DNA of 64,000 nt from positions 184,140,001 through 184,204,000 of the forward strand of contig OZ024740.1 of NCBI GenBank assembly GCA_964016885.1, given 5' to 3'. The notes beneath the pieces are model-generated. The model did no database searches and was not told the DNA's origin. It was given only the letters and a program-made list of their open reading frames with translations. Source of the stretch: Eledone cirrhosa (lineage: Eukaryota). The translations under genes were made by a program, and so were the position numbers. Positions within the stretch are counted from its first letter, which is position 1. Each line of letters starts with the position of its first letter. Positions 25,615 to 37,310 of this stretch are shown here, piece after piece.

Positions 25615-27100
25615 ATTATACACTAGAGTAAACAGACCCATTTGTGTACTTCATTAAGTGCTTTACCCTGCAAATAAAAGTGTCGGAGATATACTAACAC
25701 ATACTTTAATCATGTATGTATATATATACATATATGTATGTATGTACTCAAAATATTTATAACGCTTTTTGGGGTTTCAGTACTCTAATTCACGAAAAGC
25801 CAAAATGGAAATTCCAGACATATGAATGAACAAAAACCAGAAAATAGAATGTGTAGTACACCTCCTCTCCCTGCTCTGATGTTAGTTCGATATGTGATTA
25901 CATTTTTGGGGACTTTATTTTCGGTATAAAAATAATCTTAAACGCAGGCCTGTTGGAATTTATTCCATGGAAAAAGAAATTTCATTCGAATAATAACCGC
26001 TTCCATCACAGTCATTGTTTGACATTTAAGTCATTTCTAAATTTGAAATTATTACTATGCTTTTAATATCACCTCAAGTCAATTAATTAAGATTTCCTAA
26101 CGACACCAGAGTCAAGTGAACAGGTATGCTACCACTGATAATTTCTATATTTTTGTAATTTCATCATCAACATATGAAATTCTAATTAATACTCAAAAGA
26201 TGGGACAGTCAAACTGATCCAGAACTATATCGACAAGAACCGTTGTTGCTGATTTCTACTCGTACTGCTGCCAGCTATCAGGCCGTCCTTCGGCTGAGAC
26301 ACATCACCTTCGTTTCTTAATTATGAAAAAAAAATGCTGTTTTCTTGAAAACTATTGAAACTTATTCTATGGCAAATGATCTTTAAGGATGGAATATTTG
26401 AGTGAAGACTACATTATCATGAAACGAAATGATTGACTTTTAAGTCCTTTCAAAATATTACGTTTAAACATATTTACACACAGATTCGTTTGTTTACAGG
26501 AAAAGCACAAAGACAACCATACATGTTGGAAATTAGATTTTTACTTTTTTCTTTATAAAAATCGAAAAACACCTACCATCATAGAATTAATAAAGGTTAG
26601 TCTAAAAAATTCCCTGATGAAATAGTAGATCAATATGTTTCCATTTACAATTTTAACTTTTGACCTTGATGTAAATATTTGCATTGTAGAATTATGTTGA
26701 TATGCCAATGATCAAGAATGCGTTTGTTGACCTATTTTGGTATGTTTCATTCTAGAAATCCACCTGATTATAATAAATGTTTAATTCCATGATGCTTCCT
26801 GTTATTGTACCATTCTTGCTCTTTATTTTCTTATATGTTGGCTATCTCTATACAAATTTATCTATTTATTCTCCACTTACGATTTTTTTCTTTTTAAATC
26901 AACGCCTAGACACTCTCAGAGTATCTTACTGTTTGTACACACTCGCCTACAGAAAGTAGCAATACACACAGAAACACACACACACACACACTCACACACA
27001 CACACTATACATATGTATATACATACATATATGTATAATTTACGTAACAAGTCGATAATCAATAAAAACGAGTAAACGAAACTTTATCGTTGATTCTTAT

Positions 27101-27172
<72 letters not shown>

Positions 27173-27205
27173 GGGAGAAAAATCACAGACCCTCCATCTC
27201 AACTC

Positions 27206-27245
27206 TACTTTTGAAAAGCAGAAGAACTGCGAAACCGGTGAAACA
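27206..27245 (+). ncRNA. Variant hammerhead (U3-A8 core) in an (AT)n-flanked element
   Basis: uacuu UUGAAAA gcag-aagaa-cugc GAAA ccgg UG. The sister copy at 30515-30554 supplies UA and aagua (stem I). Confidence 0.6.
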
Positions 27246-27429
27246 AATAAATATATATATATTTTTTTAAATAAGACTCCAGTTGCATTTTCGATTTCAT
27301 CTTATTTCCTTATACTTTCACTCGTGTAGGACACCTCGGTTATTTTTCATTTTGTAAAAAAACCTCACTTTCTAATATATATATATATGGGAGGAGGTTA
27401 TAGTTCACTTGAAGCATTGTGTAATGAGG

Positions 27430-27859
27430 TATAAACGTTTGAATATGTGTAATAAAGCCAAAACAATGCAGGTATGGACATAGAAAAAAGAATGCAATTG
27501 TAAAAGATATTGTTGACAATTCGTCCTTTAACTTGAATTTATTTAAATGTCCTTAATTTTCGAGATAATATCTCTTCTTCGGAGGGAAATAAAGGTCTCA
27601 AACCAGCGCCTTAAATATCTAGCCAAGCCATGCTAACAAATACTCTATACTATTTCCTGTCAGCATGGCTTGGCTAGATATTTAAAGCGCTGGTTTGAGA
27701 CCTTTATTTCCCTCCGAAGAAGAGATATTATCTCGAAAATTAAGGACATTTAAATAAATTCAAGGTAAAGGACGAATTGTCAACAATATCTTTTACAATT
27801 GCATTCTTTTTTCTATGTCCATACCTGCATTGTTTTGGCTTTATTACACATATTCAAAC

Positions 27860-27866
<7 letters not shown>
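27430..27866. repeat. Long fold-back palindrome (about 209-bp arms, about 19-nt spacer) in (AT)n
   Basis: 27430-27638 is the near-perfect reverse complement of 27658-27866. Contains ccu CCGAAGA a-gagau-auu-aucuc GAAA au UA agg at 27711-27745. Confidence 0.97.
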
Positions 27867-27944
<78 letters not shown>

Positions 27945-27968
27945 ACAAAGCCGTATTATTTAAGATAT

Positions 27969-28419
27969 TGTTAGATGGATTATAATAGTTGTTAGATGAA
28001 ATGAAAAGAATAAATGATTTACTTTATATATAAAGGCTTACTTCACTTCAGTCAAAAAGAACAATAATCTAGTTACCACGAGTTGCGAAGGTTGTCAATG
28101 TTATTTTTGTTGTTGGTTCATGGGGCTGGATTAGTCTGCGACCAGGAGAGAAAGAGAGAGCGTAATGGTCTGTAATTGACTGTAGACCACTCTGGCCTGT
28201 AGATAGCGGTGAATCGTTACATAGCTGGCCTGTATCGTAGCGCTCCGATCTCTCTGTGTCTAAGGTGGGAAAATACAGGCTTTATATATAATTCGCCTTC
28301 TGTCTCCCTCCTTAAGGGGATAGCCCACGCATGAATCTTGTCACATCAACAGGGTGTTGACCTATAGTTTGACCTTTAGGTGTCACCCAAGGTTCACGGC
28401 GTGGACATATTTCGCTACA
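27969..28419 (-). mobile_element. Possible solo LTR in (AT)n
   Basis: About 450-bp GC-richer insert with TG...CA ends between AT tracts, TATA-like tatatataaag on the minus strand. No clean TSD. Confidence 0.3.
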
Positions 28420-28857
28420 TATACATATATATACACATGTGTTAAGTGAGTCTATGTGTATGTGTGTGTGTGTGTTTGTGTGCATATATACATACCATGA
28501 GCACTTAACACTCTATGAAGTCATAGTGATACCGAAGGGTGGTTCCTATTCTTCTCAAGGTCAGAAAACAGCCGATTTTTTCCAGCTAAATCGAGAGAGT
28601 ATAGAGAAAGAATCGACTCCAGTATTGACCTGATATTTGATACACTTCAATTGAATGTAAGGCAATGTAGGCCTCGGCGGTATTTGAACTTAGTGAAGAG
28701 AGTAGCATTCATACAAACATTTTGATGATTTTTGACAAATCGCCGCCTTTATATATACATATATACACACGCAGGCATTCAGACACACACTGACAGGTAC
28801 ATACACTCACCCCCACCCCCACGCACGCACACACATATATATATATATACATATATA

Positions 28858-28907
<50 letters not shown>

Positions 28908-29655
28908 CATACATAATATAGATACACTCGAATAAAAACGTGGGATGTATATATGTAAGTATGTAAGCAAATATGTATATATATCTATATGTGTGTGTGT
29001 GAGCGATAGTGTGAGTGTGTGAGTGTGAGTGTGTGTGTGTGCGTGTGCGAGCATCTGTGTATGATGTATGTATAAACAAAAATACGTACGTACATACATA
29101 AAACACTACAGTAAATGAAATCCATATTGGTGAGGTAAGTCGCTTACAGGCTGATTGTTTAAGTTTAAACAGCAACTATTATATAATACTGTTAGAGAAT
29201 CACAACAAGATATACATGTTCTATTGTGCTAGTTGTTTATCACTCGACACAATGGACGTAAATGTTTCTCTCAGCAGGTTTTCTTTGACAGCCATCATAG
29301 AAAAATATTGATTTTGTATGATAAAGGTAATTGTTCAGTCATTGAGTGTGGTGTGGTTTGGAAGGCGCGTTACGTTGTTCTGGCTGTGAGGTTGGGTGAG
29401 TATGTCTTCGGCGAGAAGGTCCATTGTTTTTTCTTTCTTTCATTGTTTTGTTTATTGGTCTCTGCATTCATTTTCTTTGCCGTAACGAATAGTAAAGAAA
29501 CGAACCGACGAGGGAAATTCTACTTACTAGACAAGGTAGTTAAATTACCTTAAAATATTATCGTTATATATATATATGTATATGTATATATATATAACGG
29601 CGATGAATTAGTTTTGCGAGGTTCTTTATATGAAATCGTGTGTCGAAACAAATAT

Positions 29656-29805
29656 TGTTATACTTGGGGAGGGTCATATTTGTGTAATATTGTGTAAAAT
29701 TTGGTTGGTTTTCGCTTTTCGCGAAAAGCGAAAACCAACCAAACAGTGAGTGTGTTCTGTTATTAATTCTGGCAATATTACACAAATATGACCCTCCCCA
29801 AGTAT

Positions 29806-29809
<4 letters not shown>
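29656..29809. mobile_element. 154-bp TGT...ACA miniature element with 37-bp TIRs and a central palindrome
   Basis: Perfect TIRs at 29656-29692 and 29773-29809, ATAT on both flanks, perfect 44-bp palindrome at 29700-29743. Confidence 0.8.
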
Positions 29810-29852
<43 letters not shown>

Positions 29853-30209
29853 AAAGAATGGAGGTGTAACACACGAGTTATGATACATTGGTAAAAGGAA
29901 AAGAAAATGCTGACAAATTGTTCCCAGTGAAAAATAGTTTAATTAGGAATAAGTAAAAATTAGTAATAGTATTGGTTATTATTCAGTTTTGGTTTGAAGT
30001 TTTAACTGGTTGCGCATTTCTAATGCTTTTCAAAAAAATGTTGAGATAGAGCGCCCGTGATGTTTGATATATATATATATATAATGGAAAAATTTGAACA
30101 GGAACAAAACAGAGAGGCAGTACAACGAATGTTTATTAATTTCACGCTCTGGAGAGTGGGGTGGTGGTGGGGAACGACGTTATATATATATATATATATA
30201 TGTATATAT

Positions 30210-30393
30210 AACGTAGGAGGTGTGGCAAGGAACGAGATGGACCATAACACACGAGAGTACTCAATACTTAGGGTAGTAGAGTGGGTAATCGGAAAACGTC
30301 TAACCCTGACGGCAGAGCTCAAGCCGTTTCGACGGCTATTTCTGGACTCGTCGAAACTGCTTGAATCTGCCGTCGGGGTTAAACATTTTCAGA
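30210..30393. repeat. Asymmetric fold-back element in (AT)n, same family as 30626-30903
   Basis: Left arm matches 30626-30755. Folds back at gacg-N14-cgtc-gaaac. Confidence 0.85.
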
Positions 30394-30514
30394 TATATAT
30401 ATATATATATGGGTATATGTATAAGTAAATGAGTTTTTAAAAAAAGAAAACGAGATGTTCTACACGGGTAAAAGTATAAGGAAAGGAAATTGAAAATAAG
30501 AATATTTATTTACG

Positions 30515-30554
30515 TACTTTACCGGTTCCACAGTTCCTATGATTTTCAAAAGTA
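30515..30554 (-). ncRNA. Second, more decayed copy of the U3-A8 hammerhead variant
   Basis: uacuu UUGAAAA ucauaggaacugu GGAA ccgg UA aagua. Downstream sequence matches 27295-27345. Confidence 0.5.
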
Positions 30555-30595
30555 AAATTGTTATGTAGCGTTTGTGTTTGTGTTGTGGTTTGTCT

Positions 30596-30625
<30 letters not shown>

Positions 30626-30630
<5 letters not shown>

Positions 30631-30900
30631 CGAAGGAAATGTGGTAAGGAAACAGGTGGACCATAACGCACCAAAGTACTCAATACTTAGGGTAGTAGAG
30701 TGGGTAATAGGAACGAGTAGGACCCCGACGACTGAGCTCAAGCCGTTTCGACGGCTAATTAGCCATAATTAGCCGTCCAGAATTAGCCGTCGAAACGGCT
30801 TGAGCTCAGCCGTCGGGGTCCTACTCGTTCTTACTACCTCAAGTATTGAGTACTTTGGTGCGTTATGGTCCACCTGGTTCCTTACCACATTTCCTTCGTT

Positions 30901-30903
<3 letters not shown>
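30626..30903. repeat. Fold-back palindrome (about 120-135-bp arms) in (AT)n
   Basis: 30626-30760 versus 30781-30903, with a short deletion in the right arm. The spacer is built from further copies of aattagcc(gtc). Confidence 0.95.
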
Positions 30904-30940
<37 letters not shown>

Positions 30941-30944
<4 letters not shown>

Positions 30945-31080
30945 ATACTTTGGGAGGGTCATATTGCCAATAAGAAACACGCGCACCAGTTGCTTTCACT
31001 TCAATTTATTATAATAAATTTATAATAAATTTATAAATTTATAAATTTATGGTTGGTTGGTTGGTTCCACAACCAGATAA
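30941..31080. mobile_element. Member of the TGTTATACTT family at an (AT)n edge
   Basis: High similarity to 4983-5137. Confidence 0.55.
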
Positions 31081-31776
31081 CTGTTTATTTATTGTCATAG
31101 TTCTTTCGTCACACACTCTGTAACCTCTTCGGTGACTGGGGATTCCTTTCTTTGTTTTTGTGCCACTCCTTTGTTCTGTCCTACGCCATTTTGTTTCTGT
31201 GTGTGTGTTGTGTGCTCAGTCTGCGCATGCGCCACATCCGGGTGTCTGTGTGTGTTTATGTTCATATTGTCATTTTGAATTGAAGAATACTCCCCTGATG
31301 TTTCCCTGAATTCCCTCAAATATTGGTCTTTTCCAATAATTGCTTATTCCACGAATGAAACCATAGACAGCTAAAGACGTTGCAGTTCTGTGTCCTCCAT
31401 TTGTCTTTTTCATTAAAAACAATATATTTAAGGTTTCCTCTAAAAAAACGAAAATAACTTTCGTTCTGCCTTTTGTTTTTGTTCGTTGCCTTCTCTTTGT
31501 TAATTTTCCTTTTATATATATATATATATATATATAAATATATGTATATATATAGTTAGGGCAGCAGAAAATTGCTTATTGTAATCCAGTTCGTGGTTAA
31601 GAATGCCAGTTTCATGGGCGGTTTCAACGTACGGTTAGGGGTAACACCACAAGTTAATAAGAATCACGTTCAATCTTGGAGTATAAATATATATATTTAT
31701 CTCTCTATCTCTCCCCCACTCTCTTTCTCTCTCTATCTCTCCCCCCCACTCTATTTCTCTCTCTCTCTCTCTCTCA

Positions 31777-31807
<31 letters not shown>

Positions 31808-32246
31808 CATCCCTCCCACTATAAACAATTTAATTCCCTTTAACTCCCTACACTGTAAATACTCGACATGAAGTCTACGAATCAAAACTGATCGAGGAAT
31901 CCTTCCACCTCTACCCTCCCTCCATCTCAGTTTGTCACTCTACTTCCTAATTCTTCTACCCCTTCCTCTCTCTCTATACTACTCCGTTTGTCAATCCACT
32001 TTCTAATTCCCCTTTCTCTCTCTCTATACTAGTAAATACAATTTTAAAAAAAATGTTTTTCTATATATTAAGAACTTTTTAAGAGTAAGTTATTCACTAT
32101 TTTGAAAACTTGGACGTGAACAACAATTATTATTGAGTGGCTGCTATTTGCAGTATAGCAATATAAGGTTGCACTTACCAATGAAACGGTCGTAAATACC
32201 TGGATAAATTTATTTTGTTAATGCTTACCTGTGTTTTCTCTTTTAT

Positions 32247-32293
<47 letters not shown>

Positions 32294-32295
<2 letters not shown>

Positions 32296-33291
32296 TAGCA
32301 TTAAAGCTCGGCGTTGCTCGGGGTCAGTAAGTTACCAAAGTTAGGTTGCACCACCCATTTTATGGCAGCACGTTTTTTTTCTGCCAGGCAATGGGTGAAT
32401 GAATTGCAGACCTGGACTGTCAAAGCAGGAGCTGCGCTAGCAGTGACAATTGTAGTTTCGCTTATCTCTGTGCAAAGAAGTGTTGAAATTTATTGTTTCA
32501 CAGCAATTGCGCAACACGCGCGTAGACGATGCCAGCCGAACAACAGAGCTGCGATGGAGTTGTTCTGCATGGTTGTCTAATGTGTGTTTTCTAAATTTAA
32601 GACAGTAGGGAGGGGTGTGATATGGGGGAGAGTTAGCTGCTGTTTCTAGCAGGTTTAGTGACCTCATAGAGGATATGTTTTCTATATTTAATACAGTAGG
32701 GAGTGGTGTGATATGGGGGAGAGTTAGCTGCTGTTTCTAGCAGGTTTAGTGACCTCATAGAGGATATTATTGTGTATAGTAAATGAACTCATACTTCTTT
32801 CTTCCACGTTCGTTTTAAAAAAGATTTCTCGCTATTTTTGTTGTTGTTGAATAAATGTATCTATTGCTGTTGAATAATTGTTGTTTCGTATGAAAGGTAA
32901 TAAGTTCTCTTTGTCATTGAAGTAAATAAATGTGTGACCGCTCCACACTCAAAAACAAACGTTCTCTCTCTCCCTCTCACTCTGTTCTCTCTCTCTCTTA
33001 AAGATTGTAAGTTTAATCGTATATAAGAGAAAGTTGCAGTATGTATGTAGTTTTATCGAATTTTAAGAGGAAATATGATTGTATTAGAGGAGTAACGCGT
33101 CATGTATTTTCTTTTATCGATTATTTCCTTAATTGGGGGTTAGTTTGAATGAAATAAATAGTCGTTTAGCTAAATTAGACCATTTACACATTCTTACAGA
33201 CTATGAGTCGAATCGGTTTGAAATTGTGCAAATGTATAAACATGGAACATGCACACACACACACAACAACAACAATCTGCCTTTTATAGAT
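32294..33291 (+). mobile_element. Non-autonomous Helitron/Helentron-like (HINE) element
   Basis: Starts actagca...ctcggcgttgctcggg, internal about 91-bp tandem duplication (32590-32767), ends (CA)n/(CAA)n...ccttttatagat. This is the usual HINE layout. Confidence 0.62.
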
Positions 33292-33308
33292 TGTAACATA
33301 TATACATT

Positions 33309-33427
33309 AAAATAACACATTAAAATTTAAGCAAAGAATCGCTGCTTTCACCCTTAACGGGATCTTCAGAAGATCCCGTTAAGAGAAAAAGCAGCGATTC
33401 TTTGCTTAAACTTTAATCAGTTATTTT
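33309..33427. repeat. Short palindrome centred on a hammerhead-like CUGAAGA box
   Basis: Axis at 33368 (gatcttc-a-gaagatc). Minus strand reads CUGAAGA u-ccc-guuaa-ggg-u GAAA. Confidence 0.9.
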
Positions 33428-33577
33428 CATAAATATGTTCCCTATATTTTCTCTATATTTGATATATATTTGATATATATTTATCCTTATCGAGCCCTCT
33501 TTGGATGTTAGTTTTCACATTTATTATTATTACTATATATATGTATGTATGTATATATGTATGTATGTATGTATGTA

Positions 33578-33923
33578 AAAGGTAAACAGGAATAACACAA
33601 TCGCGATAGTATATGGAAGGAATATATCAGGTTAACGCTTGAAATATCAGGAAGAGTGCTGGACGTTTCGGACGCTTGTCTGTTATCAGAAGAAAGAATG
33701 AAAAATAAGAGAGATTGTAGTGACGGGCGGGGTGGAATTGGAAAATAATGTATTTAGAGAAAATTGACAAGTCTATTCGTGTTGACATCTCTTGGAAAAC
33801 ATCGTTTTGTCTAAAGAGCTATACGTGTGCGCAAGCGTATGTATGTGTGTGTGTGTTCGCGCGCGCGTGTGTGTGTTATACGTCCGTAAGAAGCTAAGAA
33901 GATATGTGTGTGTATATATAAGT

Positions 33924-33998
<75 letters not shown>

Positions 33999-36730
33999 TG
34001 TTAGTACGAAGCTATGAGCAAAATTATGTTAATATAAGGGTGTGTATGTGTGTATACAGAGCTGTGAATGGAAAAGTGGAATGTGCATATGTTGTTGTTC
34101 TGTATTACTTGTAAGAGTATATGTGTCTGACCACAAGAGAGCTATAGGAATCTAGGGGTGAATGTACGAGCACATGTGTGATAACGGAGGGGGTATTATA
34201 GACATTGAGGAGGTGAGTTGAGTCCATGAGGGAAACAGGACCCAAGGCGCTAAATCAGACTATTTCAGTCCTGGTCCGTGAGGCTTGTGATCCGTGGAGT
34301 AAATGACACCCAAGACTGAGATATGTAGGGAACAGTGACCAGGAGAACGGAAATGACGGGCGACAGGAGTAGCCAAACCAGGTCATATGTCCGTCAAATG
34401 ATCAGCAAAACGGTCCGCCATCGGCGTCCTGTTTGTCCGATATATAAGGACCCGCAATGGGAACACCGGAGGGCATATACAATGTGGGTGGATGTGCAGT
34501 TAAAGGAGTGGCAGATACGGAATGACTCTTTAGGGCCTGTGAAAGTGGTGAGTGTAGAAATGAAAGGTCCAGTGTTGCAGCGGGAACGAGAGCAAGGTGG
34601 AGTCGTAGGAGAGGACGAGAAGGAACAGCGTACCAGGAAGTCACAGAGGTTACGGGCGCGCTTCAATGCGGTAATAGGTGGTTTAAGACAAAAACGAGAT
34701 GTGATGGAGTCAGAAAAAGGGTGCGAGAAGAATGGAGGATATGTCGACGGAGTGGGAAAGGAAGGCGGGTGTTGGGAGGGTGCTGATGAGGTGGGAGGCC
34801 TGTCGTACGGTAAGTTTCACGGGTGAGAGCAGCTTGGATCAAGGTGGAGGATATCGACACTGGATGAAGCGGGAAGCCATGTGAAGGGAATGGGTTTCGA
34901 AACCGTCGTCTTGGCTACAGAGCCGACTAAAATGGAGGAATTGTGAATAAAGTATGGAGTGTTTGGTGCGGTTTGGCTTGGAGGAGGTGAAGTCGATGTA
35001 AGTAGAGAGGATGTGGTGAGAGTGATTGATAGATAGAGAGATATCTAGGAAAGCGACAGAAGAATCGGAGACGGAGGCGGTGAAGGTGAGAGCGGGATGG
35101 AAAGATTGGACAAAAGATAGAAAGCAGGGGAGCTGTTTTCATGATAGAGAGGTGGCGCCGATACAGTCGCCGATATAACGACCGTATAGCTCTGGAGTAG
35201 GTCCAGTGCACTATGAGGAGAGCTGGACTTCGACGTAGTTGGCATAGTTTGGTCCAATTTTGTTTCCTATCGCTACCCCAGAGACCTGCTGATAGAATTC
35301 ACCGGAAAATTAAAATCCATTAAGGGTCAAAACAAGCTTAGCCAGACGGAGACGCGTGGTAGTACTGGGGTAATGGTAGGGCGTAAGTCTAAAAAATTGT
35401 CGGAGAGTGCGGAGGCCGTCATCATGAGGGATGACGGTATAGAGAGAGGTGGTGTCCAGAGTAAAGAGAAGGCAAGAGGAGCCAGGAGGGAAGGAGAAGC
35501 ACTTAAATAGTCTAAGGTCATGATTAGTATCGTGGATGGGGGAGGGGAGGTTGACGACTAACGGGGCGAGGATGGTATGTAAGTATTCGGTAATGATCTG
35601 GGTTGGACAGTTGCACACAGAAACGATAGGACGGCCGGGATTATTTTGTTTGTGTATTTTGGGGAGGAGGTAGATGGTGGGTGTGTGAGGGGTTTGTAGT
35701 ATAAGGTTGGTGGATGTGGGGTGTAGGAGAGAGGAGGAAATGAGCGGCTGGATTGTGGAGGACACGAGTTATTGGTAGCAAGGAGTGGGGTCGGAGAATA
35801 AAGGGCAGTAAAAAAAGGAATCGTGAAGTTGGCGGAGGGCCTCAGGCTTATAGATGTCAACGCTTCAAACCACCACAACACCGCCTTTGTCAGTGGGTTA
35901 GATTACAATGTCATCGCGCACGCAGAAGGTTGCAAAGAGTGAAGAGCTCATCCCGTGTAACATAAGAGCGACGATAATGCTGGTGGTAACGGTACCGGTT
36001 CACAGTATGCCGGCAAGTATTGACAAAGGAGACAAGGGTCCTGGACTGACCAGAGCTCGGCGTCCAATATGATAGTCGGCGAATGAGACGAGTGCAGTCA
36101 TCCGTCTGTGTCGATGATGCCGTGTCGTGCAAAAAAGCTTTGAGCTTTAGTCGATAGAAGAACCCTTCAATCTCGGCACGTATGCGGAACTCATCGCATG
36201 TAGATGTGGTTGGTATAACACGCAAAACCCGGGAGTGGAGGGAGCGCTCAGCTTCGGAGAGTGCTATGTCCTGGGGTATGGTGACAACAGTGGAGGGATG
36301 TGAGGAAGTGAAAAGGGCGTAAGCGGAGGGGAAAAGTGTGTGCAGTTTCAGTAGTGAGGAGAGGAAAGAGGTTGGTAGGTGACGGGATAGCGGGGTTAGG
36401 GTTAGAGGTTAAATGAGCATGGTGGTGACTGCAGGCGGGGAGCGGAGTGAGTGAAGTTTGTTGTTTTTAATGGAAGTCAATAAATTGAAGAGGAGGCGAT
36501 TGAGGTAAAGGATGAATTGGATAAGGAATTGTGCGAGGAGGGCATGGCAAGTGGAGGAGAGATGTCGGTAAGCCTTGTGGAGATCTCGGTCGAGAGAACG
36601 GATTTAGGTGAGAATAGATCTTGATAGTCGCCTGCATGAGCTAGGGAGAGGAGCGGATAAGGATGGACTCAGTGGTGGGAGCAGAGTAAGAGGTGGGATG
36701 GAACATGAGGCGGAAATCTGGGGGAACTTG
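33578..36730 (-). mobile_element. Penelope-like element (Neptune-type), decayed RT and GIY-YIG endonuclease
   Basis: PTDKGGVVVV, IYLLPKIHK..NPGRPIVS, LFTLDTTSLYTVIP, GVAIGT, RYIGD, and FNCTSTHIVYALRCSHCGSLYIGQTGR (GIY-YIG with a CxxC insert). AT-type microsatellites at both ends. Confidence 0.9.
33662..33689 (-). ncRNA. Decayed hammerhead in the PLE 3' region
   Basis: CUGAUAA ca-gac-aagc-guc-c GAAA cg UC. G8 is mutated and stem I is poor. Confidence 0.5.
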
Positions 36731-36981
36731 TATATATATATATATATAATAATAAATAGTAAGGATAACCTCATATGTAGCTCTGGATACACTATCCCTG
36801 AAAACAATATAGGATTGTCACATTTGGAAAATCTTTGATCTTCAAGTCATGTGTAACTGCTCAGTTATACCATTTCTGAAGATACTAGATTCTACACAAT
36901 CTGCGGCCTCTTGAGATGCTAGAAATGACAAACAAATATCTATCTAATCACCCACTACAACCTTAAAAAAAGGAAGGATAC

Positions 36982-37310
36982 AGGCGTTGAATTGACAGAT
37001 TCGTTAGAACGTAGGATAGATGCTTTCCGGTATTCGTTCAAGCTCTCTGCACTGTGAATTCATATCCCGTCCAGGTCAACTTTGCCTTTCATCCTATCGA
37101 TGTCCATAAAAAAGTACCACTCCAGTACTAGAGTCTATTCTTCTTCTATGCCCCCCCCCCCGCTCTCTCTATCTCATTCTTTATCCTTCTCTGGAAGAAA
37201 TCTGTGTTCAGACCTGGAGAGGGATGGGCTCTACCATGTTTTAAAATGCCCTAAAAATCCGTATGTCAATACGGAGCCCCTACAACTCCATCAGTAGTTA
37301 CGGGACCATA
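36982..37310 (+). mobile_element. SINE, long-tailed subfamily
   Basis: Degenerate A and B boxes, caactttgcctttcatcct core, shared tail. Confidence 0.8.
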
